From: a virus
Taxonomy: Duplodnaviria; Caudoviricetes
IMG/VR virus record: IMGVR_UViG_3300032226_000290
Coordinates: 1-30,061 of that record
DNA: 30,061 nt
Direction: 5' to 3' (one strand)
Numbering within the stretch: position 1 is the stretch's first letter; every line of letters begins with the position of its first letter. A program made the position numbers and the translations under genes. Of the stretch, positions 24,728-30,061 are shown piece after piece. Under the pieces are notes generated by a model that searched no databases, was not told where the DNA came from, and saw only the letters and a program-made list of their open reading frames with translations.

Positions 24728-25449
24728 ATCGCTAGTATCTCCTTTACAGCTTCATGTCTTTCAACGTCACCCACAGTGAATTGACAGATGTCTACATACC
24801 TATGGTCTTCAAAGTTATTATATAACTTCAGGAATTCAAGCAACCCATTATTGCTAGGGCGGTCGGCCTGCTGTAGATCTCCAGTGACAACCATTTTAGA
24901 TCCCTGTCCTAGTCGTGTTAGCAGCATTTTCATCTGACTAGGCGTTGTATTTTGCATTTCGTCGGCTATGACTATAGCATTCTTGAATGTTCTACCGCGC
25001 ATATATGCTAGTGGACTGGTTTCAATGATTCCCTCTGCAACCATGTGTTCAATCTCTTTGGCATTGTAATTTTCGGCAATTACATCAAATATCGGTCTTG
25101 TCCACGGAGCCATCTTTTCATTTAGATCGCCTGGTAGGAAACCGTGCTCTTCGTCTACTGAAACGGCTGGTCTAGTGACTATAATTTTATCAGCATCACC
25201 ATATTTTAACTGATCAATTGCCCATTGTACCGCTAGCATAGTTTTGCCCGTGCCTGCTGGACCTGTAGCAAATACGATCATTTTTTTAGGATCGTTTAGC
25301 TTTAACAGATAGTTTTCTTGGCTTAGGTTTTTAGGGTATATTTGGATTCTTGGACGCTTTTTGTAGGGTGTATTATCTACTAATTTGATTACATTAGACG
25401 CTTCTTGATAGGTGTTAGCCTTCAGTACTGCTGCTCTTTTTCTTTTCAT
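24712..25449 (-). CDS. phoH: PhoH-family ATPase
   Basis: GPAGTGKT, TRPAV, GFLPGDL, PLAYMRGRTF, DEMQN, LTRLG, GDLQQAD, RH; AAGGAGG SD at 25461-25467. Confidence 0.96.
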   Translation of the reverse strand: MKRKRAAVLKANTYQEASNVIKLVDNTPYKKRPRIQIYPKNLSQENYLLKLNDPKKMIVFATGPAGTGKTMLAVQWAIDQLKYGDADKIIVTRPAVSVDEEHGFLPGDLNEKMAPWTRPIFDVIAENYNAKEIEHMVAEGIIETSPLAYMRGRTFKNAIVIADEMQNTTPSQMKMLLTRLGQGSKMVVTGDLQQADRPSNNGLLEFLKLYNNFEDHRYVDICQFTVGDVERHEAVKEILAIYGDS

Positions 25450-25471
25450 ATAAGGTTAGCCCTCCTTGTTA

Positions 25472-25528
25472 TGCGTTAGGCACGGACCTTGGAACCGTAG
25501 TGTCCGTAGCCGAACACAAAAGTATTTA
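25472..25528 (-). promoter_or_regulatory. TAAATA motif plus long 5'-UTR hairpin of phoH
   Basis: Minus strand: TAAATA (25528-25523), then TGTGTT-C-GGC-T-ACGGAC [14-nt loop] GTCCGT-GCC-T-AACGCA, then SD. Confidence 0.6.
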
Positions 25529-25593
25529 ACAGATTGGAAAGAAAGTTAAATGATATGTTTAAGTTTTGACTGATAAATACATTGGGAGATATT

Positions 25594-26121
25594 ATGGCCG
25601 ACATTAAAGACATTATCAGCAATATAGAGAACATTTACGGTTCTAATAACAGCCTGAGCCTACTCAAAGACTTTGAACGTGTAATCGACGAATTAGATGT
25701 TTATGTTTATGAAAACTGGTTAGACGGAGAACTTGTAGAAGGTCCTAAAGAAACACGCTACTTTGTAGAGTGTACATTTATGTGGCCCGAAAATAAAATG
25801 CCAGAGCCCAGGGGTGGTCAGCGGCTGTTAGATTACGGGTGCCGTGTACAGGTTGGTCAAGATCAATTTGCAAAAGTACGCAAAATTAAAACTCCAGACG
25901 ACATTCGTCCAGGCACACGCAAAGGCAAAATTGACACACAAGAGGTATGGTTGGTACGAATCACCATGCCAAAGAAATTAATGGCCGACATTAATCGTGG
26001 CTATCGTAATTTAGATGTGAACAAAGTTGACGACATTCTAACAATGAATGGCGGAGTGAATGCACAGGTTGAGCCTGTCGAAGAACAAGGAGCAGCAGAT
26101 GCAGCACAGCCAGCAGCTTAA
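25594..26121 (+). CDS. Hypothetical phage protein
   Basis: 175 aa. ATG at 25594 with GGGAG SD is preferred over the TTG at 25582; TAAATA at 25574-25579. Confidence 0.75.
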   Translation: MADIKDIISNIENIYGSNNSLSLLKDFERVIDELDVYVYENWLDGELVEGPKETRYFVECTFMWPENKMPEPRGGQRLLDYGCRVQVGQDQFAKVRKIKTPDDIRPGTRKGKIDTQEVWLVRITMPKKLMADINRGYRNLDVNKVDDILTMNGGVNAQVEPVEEQGAADAAQPAA

Positions 26122-26845
26122 TGAAGGATTGAGAAGTAACGACTTAAAGGACATGGTCCACAGCGTTCTTACTATCGACACACATCGTAGTAAGATGGGC
26201 GAAGATCGTGATGTCTGCGTCCTTAGCTTTAAAGTAAACGACCGCAATCCTGCAAAGGACCTGATGGAGTTTATTGAAAAAGGCTACAACTTTGTACTAG
26301 ATGCAGATGTTAGTGCAGGAGAGAACGAAGACGGCGAATATTTTGTATTCGTTGAATTGAGCCGTACACCAAAATTAGCAGAACAGATTAAAGAATTAGA
26401 ATATGGTGTTCGCAAACTGACTAGCATCGATGATTGGAAGTTTAAGTATTTTAAAGAAGACAATCTTCATGAGCTCAGCGAAGAAACTTTAAACACGGTT
26501 GTTCCGTCAACTCCTCAAAAGTACGATGGACTAATGAGTAAAGTTCGCACTGAAGGAGTCAAGCGTTTCTTTAGCAAGACCCTAATGGACGATCTAACTC
26601 TAGACGGTGATGTGATTACTATTCACAAACCATTCAATCAACAGATTAAATTGCGTATGGTTAAAGAAGCAGCCACTGATGCAATCTTAGAAGGCAGCGA
26701 AGATACTATCACTATGGATCAAGCATCTACTAGTGAAGTATTTTGGCTAACTAAAGTTTTAGGCGACTACAATATCAACAAGGTTGGTAATAATTTTATG
26801 TTTGACAATAAAGGTCAAGCAATGCTTTTACAAAGGATAGAATAA
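26099..26845 (+). CDS. Hypothetical phage protein
   Basis: 248 aa. ATG at 26099 follows AAGGAG and is preferred over 26060; TAATG coupling to the endolysin. Confidence 0.7.
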   Translation: MQHSQQLNEGLRSNDLKDMVHSVLTIDTHRSKMGEDRDVCVLSFKVNDRNPAKDLMEFIEKGYNFVLDADVSAGENEDGEYFVFVELSRTPKLAEQIKELEYGVRKLTSIDDWKFKYFKEDNLHELSEETLNTVVPSTPQKYDGLMSKVRTEGVKRFFSKTLMDDLTLDGDVITIHKPFNQQIKLRMVKEAATDAILEGSEDTITMDQASTSEVFWLTKVLGDYNINKVGNNFMFDNKGQAMLLQRIE

Positions 26846-27471
26846 TGAGCTTTACATTCAACTTTACAAAACAACAATTAAAAGAAATGATTCCAAAGAA
26901 TCCCTATGTGGATCAATGGTTCGAGGCAATTTACGAAATACTTCCCGAGTATGAAATTACAACTCCTCAGCGAGTGGCTGCTTTCCTAGCACAATGCGCT
27001 CACGAAAGCGGTGGCTTTGTTTTCCTAAAAGAAAACCTAAACTACAAGGCAGCTAGCCTACGCAGAGTGTTTCCTAAATATTTTCCGGATGATGCCATTG
27101 CTGCTCAGTATGCAGGCAAAGGTGAAATGATTGCCAACCGAGTGTATGCTAACCGCATGGGCAACGGTGATGAGGCAAGTGGTGATGGTTTCCGTTATTG
27201 TGGTCGTGGTCTTATTCAATTGACTGGCAAAAACAACTACACATTCTTTGCGGGCTCATTAGATATCCCTGTAGAAGAAGCCAGCGAATATCTACAGACA
27301 TTTGAAGGCGCTGTTCAATCAGCCTGTTTCTTTTGGGAACAAAACAAACTAAACCAGTGGGCAGATGCAGGTGACATACTGACATTGACCAAACGCATCA
27401 ATGGCGGAACTATCGGCCTAGAAGATCGCATCAAACATTACCAACACGCACTACACATATTCGGAGCTTGA
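26845..27471 (+). CDS. Endolysin, glycoside hydrolase family 19
   Basis: AAFLAQCAHESGGF, ENLNY, VYANRMGNG, GRGLIQLTGKNNY, TKRINGG. Confidence 0.93.
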   Translation: MSFTFNFTKQQLKEMIPKNPYVDQWFEAIYEILPEYEITTPQRVAAFLAQCAHESGGFVFLKENLNYKAASLRRVFPKYFPDDAIAAQYAGKGEMIANRVYANRMGNGDEASGDGFRYCGRGLIQLTGKNNYTFFAGSLDIPVEEASEYLQTFEGAVQSACFFWEQNKLNQWADAGDILTLTKRINGGTIGLEDRIKHYQHALHIFGA

Positions 27472-27472
27472 T

Positions 27473-27961
27473 ATGAGCCAGATATCGTGGATGATCAATC
27501 TAATACCTGATGCAATGCTAAACTGGATTTATTGGCTTATCATTGCTGCGGGCATTACTGGAGTACTTGCCGGATGGTTAGGCAAGTGGATTCCATTCTA
27601 CGGCAACTATGTAAAAATACTGCAACCTGTAGGCATTGTGTTGTTGGTGCTAGGTGTTTGGCTGCGTGGCGGTTATGATACAGAAATAGCTTGGCGAGCC
27701 AAGGTTGCTGAAGCTGAAGCAAGGGTCGCGGCTGCTGAACAAAAATCACAAGAAACTAATACAGTCATAGAACAAAAAGTAGTTGAAAAAACTAAGGTGA
27801 TCAAAGGCAAAACTGAATACATCACGCAGTATCTTGATAGAGAAGTTGTAAAGAAAGAAGAGATTATCAAGTACATAGAACAATGTCCTGTACCTAAAGA
27901 GATCATTGATATACACAATCAGGCTGCAGAAATCAACAAGGCAGCGGAGAGTAAGAAATGA
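27473..27961 (+). CDS. Putative inner-membrane spanin (Rz-like)
   Basis: Two hydrophobic N-terminal segments, Ala/Glu/Lys coiled coil, single C-terminal Cys; follows the endolysin. Confidence 0.7.
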   Translation: MSQISWMINLIPDAMLNWIYWLIIAAGITGVLAGWLGKWIPFYGNYVKILQPVGIVLLVLGVWLRGGYDTEIAWRAKVAEAEARVAAAEQKSQETNTVIEQKVVEKTKVIKGKTEYITQYLDREVVKKEEIIKYIEQCPVPKEIIDIHNQAAEINKAAESKK

Positions 27962-28224
27962 AATATATTATTTTAAGTCTTGCTCTAGTACTAACTGCTT
28001 GTTCTACACCTGTTCCAGTTAGTCAAAAATTCCCCAATGTTCCTACAGCATTAGTTGAACGATGCGAAAGCCTCAAAAAGATCGAAGGCGACAAGGTTGC
28101 AATTACTGAAATGCTTAAGGTAGTTGTACAAAACTATGGCATGTATTACGAGTGTGCAGCAAAAGTTGACGGATGGAACGACTGGTATCTCGAGCAGAAG
28201 CGCATTTACGAGAGCGTAAAATGA
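27958..28224 (+). CDS. Putative outer-membrane spanin lipoprotein (Rz1-like)
   Basis: MKYIILSLALVLTAC lipobox, Pro-rich linker, two further Cys (ERCESL, YECAAK); ATGA overlap with the i-spanin. Confidence 0.75.
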   Translation: MKYIILSLALVLTACSTPVPVSQKFPNVPTALVERCESLKKIEGDKVAITEMLKVVVQNYGMYYECAAKVDGWNDWYLEQKRIYESVK

Positions 28225-28448
28225 AAATCTTAGTAGCCCTTGCCCTAGTATTCTTGTCTGGATGTGCATCGATGTCTAATGCAGATGTCGAAAAATCACT
28301 GTCAAGGGATAAGACTATGGAGCAAATGGCTAAGGCAGCACTGATCAACGACATGTTAAACAGTCCAGATCCTCATATACGAGCTAAAGGTGCTGCTATT
28401 GCAGAGAAGTTTCTAACAGAACCAAAACGTAATATATTTGGATTTTGA
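28221..28448 (+). CDS. Small lipoprotein
   Basis: Start at 28221 (ATGA overlap): MKILVALALVFLSGC lipobox; 75 aa. Confidence 0.75.
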   Translation: MKILVALALVFLSGCASMSNADVEKSLSRDKTMEQMAKAALINDMLNSPDPHIRAKGAAIAEKFLTEPKRNIFGF

Positions 28449-28480
28449 TTAAATAGTAGTATATTAAGCAGGAGCGAGAA

Positions 28481-29044
28481 ATGGCATTAATAGATTCAGT
28501 ATTAAATTTAGTAAACAAACAACCAAAAGATCCGGACGCACCTAAGCCTCCTGTAGGATCACGATCAGAGCGTGAAGCAAAATTAAAAGACAAAGCAGGT
28601 ATGGTAATCAGTATCTTTGCTTTGTTACTGGCAGTCAACGCATGGTACGGCGGTAAGTTGTCTAGCACAGTATTAAACAATACACTAGGTGCTAACAACA
28701 CTTGGGCACAGTACCAAGCTAAGGCAGGGCGTGGCGTTAGTTACGAAATTGCGGCAAAGACAACTAACGATCCAAAAGTCAAAGCAGAGTTCATGGCTGA
28801 GAAAGAACGCATGGATAGCGACAAGAAAGAAATTGCTGAACGAGCAAGAGCAATGGAAGCAGTTCGTGAAGAAGCCAAAAAGTCTAGTCCATGGATTGGT
28901 TACGCAAGTACAGCATACCAGTTAGCTATTGTTGTATTATCTGCTTCTATTCTAGCAGTTAGTATGGCCATGTTCTGGGGAAGTTTTGCAGTAGCAGGGG
29001 TTGGAATACTATTAAGCCTAAACGGATTATTCCTTTGGTTTTAA
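28481..29044 (+). CDS. DUF4337-like membrane protein
   Basis: TM, coiled coil, TM-TM layout with NNTWAQYQAK and YQLAIVVLSASIL; TAAATA at 28450-28455 and AGGAG SD. Confidence 0.7.
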   Translation: MALIDSVLNLVNKQPKDPDAPKPPVGSRSEREAKLKDKAGMVISIFALLLAVNAWYGGKLSSTVLNNTLGANNTWAQYQAKAGRGVSYEIAAKTTNDPKVKAEFMAEKERMDSDKKEIAERARAMEAVREEAKKSSPWIGYASTAYQLAIVVLSASILAVSMAMFWGSFAVAGVGILLSLNGLFLWF

Positions 29045-29071
29045 AATAATAGACAAATAGGAGCGAAAACT

Positions 29072-29566
29072 ATGTCAGAAGCAGTAAAAAGCGCAAGCGA
29101 ACAAAAGAAAGAAGATTGGATGAATTCAAAATGGCGTCCAATGATGGGTTGGATGTACATGCTGGTGTGTATGTTTGATATGATTTTATTTCCGGTGTTA
29201 TGGAGTCTATTACAGACTTTCACCCATACACCAATCACTCAATGGAATCCATTAACACTGCAAGGTGCCGGACTATTCCATATTGCAATGGGTGCAGTCT
29301 TAGGTATTGCGGCATTTGGTCGTACACAGGAAAAACTAAATGGAGCAAACAATGGCGGACTTGCACCGGTATCTCAAAGCGTCACTACAACATTTAGCGC
29401 ACCTTCAACAGGAGGCTTCAGCGCACCAAGTAGTTTTAGTTCGCCAGCACCGAGCACAAGTTTTACAGCAGCACCAAGCTGGGGAACAACTCCAGTTTCA
29501 GCACCAGTAGTAGCAGGGTTCGGTGGTAAGCCAGCACCCATGCAACCAGAGCAACCACAAATCTAA
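29072..29566 (+). CDS. Holin (GTA holin 3TM-like)
   Basis: SKWRPMMGWMYMLVCMFD and GAVLGIAAFGRTQEK; Ser/Pro/Thr-rich tail; lysis context. Confidence 0.75.
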   Translation: MSEAVKSASEQKKEDWMNSKWRPMMGWMYMLVCMFDMILFPVLWSLLQTFTHTPITQWNPLTLQGAGLFHIAMGAVLGIAAFGRTQEKLNGANNGGLAPVSQSVTTTFSAPSTGGFSAPSSFSSPAPSTSFTAAPSWGTTPVSAPVVAGFGGKPAPMQPEQPQI

Positions 29567-29578
29567 AAGGAGCGAGTC

Positions 29579-29701
29579 ATGTTAGATACATTATTTTGGG
29601 TAGCATTAGGAGCATTTGTAGGATGGAATTTTCCACAGCCTTTCTGGGCAAAGATTATTCAAGAAAAAATTCAAGCTATGTTGGCTAAAAAAGGAGCATG
29701 A
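29579..29701 (+). CDS. Small membrane protein (40 aa; below the ORF-track cutoff)
   Basis: MLDTLFWVALGAFVGWNFPQPFWAKIIQEKIQAMLAKKGA; AAAGGAG SD; fills the gap between flanking genes. Confidence 0.75.
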   Translation: MLDTLFWVALGAFVGWNFPQPFWAKIIQEKIQAMLAKKGA

Positions 29702-29702
29702 T

Positions 29703-29921
29703 ATGAAAAATTTACTAGCATTATTATTGGTTTCAGCATTTGCAATGGCGCCAGCAGTCGCTGAAGAAAAGAAACTAGAAACCAAAAAAATCTGTGTTGA
29801 CTTACAGGGCAAAGACGGCAAGCCCGTTATTGATCCAAAAACCAAAAAACCTAAGCAAGAGTGTAAAGAAGTTAAAAAGCACAAAAAACATGAGGCTACA
29901 GAAGTACCAGTTAAGAAATAA
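29703..29921 (+). CDS. Small secreted Lys-rich protein
   Basis: Sec-type signal MKNLLALLLVSAFAMAPAVA; two Cys; AAGGAG SD. Confidence 0.75.
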   Translation: MKNLLALLLVSAFAMAPAVAEEKKLETKKICVDLQGKDGKPVIDPKTKKPKQECKEVKKHKKHEATEVPVKK

Positions 29922-29950
29922 TATTTCTCCTAACACTCGGTATTAAATAC

Positions 29951-29980
29951 AAGGCTGCTATAGACGCAGCCTTTCTTTTC
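29951..29980 (+). terminator. Intrinsic terminator after the lysis cassette
   Basis: AAGGCTGC-TATAGAC-GCAGCCTT (8-bp stem) followed by TCTTTTC. Confidence 0.65.
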
Positions 29981-29989
29981 ATGTATAAT
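29961..29989 (+). promoter_or_regulatory. Sigma70-like promoter for the DnaJ gene
   Basis: TAGACG (29961-29966), 17 nt, TATAAT (29984-29989), 5 nt before the ATG. Confidence 0.55.
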
Positions 29990-29994
29990 AAACT

Positions 29995-30061
29995 ATGGAC
30001 TATTACTCTACACTAGGCGTTGGAAAAAACGCCACAGACGACGATATTAAAAAAGCCTACA
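29995..30061 (+). CDS. dnaJ: DnaJ (J-domain) protein, 3'-truncated by the window
   Basis: MDYYSTLGVGKNATDDDIKKAY is a canonical J-domain start. The HPD motif lies beyond the window. Confidence 0.85.
   Translation, partial: MDYYSTLGVGKNATDDDIKKAY

Noticed and set aside
26845-27471. GH19 as a true chitinase paired with the CBM modules
   Set aside because: Position next to spanins and holin and the lack of a signal peptide fit the known role of phage GH19 proteins as endolysins.
1-30061. Alternative genetic code (stop-codon reassignment) as in some large phages
   Set aside because: The standard code gives dense, long ORFs, and TAA, TGA and TAG all serve as plausible stops.

Overview
Gene-dense fragment of a large, T4-like (myovirus-type, possibly jumbo) dsDNA bacteriophage using the standard genetic code; the spanin-like genes imply a Gram-negative host. 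In order: a 5'-truncated UV-damage endonuclease (UvsE); two small minus-strand genes; an ~18 kb tail/baseplate block (3233-aa giant fiber, three more proteins with T4 gp9/gp10-like N-termini, a 926-aa Ig-repeat protein with two CBM5/12-like modules); a replication/nucleotide/chaperone block (stand-alone 159-aa DnaE fragment, GroES, MazG-like pyrophosphatase, 2OG-Fe(II) oxygenase, RFC/gp44-type clamp loader, dCMP deaminase, PhoH); an extended lysis cassette (GH19 endolysin, spanins, second lipoprotein, DUF4337-like protein, holin, two small envelope proteins); and the start of a DnaJ gene. TAAATA late-promoter-like motifs and three sigma70-like promoters are visible. The strongest candidate for an unusual system is the DnaE piece that stops just before the catalytic PDxD motif, suggesting a split, intein-free C-family polymerase working with an RFC-type clamp loader. 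All family calls are from motif recognition by eye; no searches were run. No tRNA, rRNA, CRISPR array or mobile element was seen.
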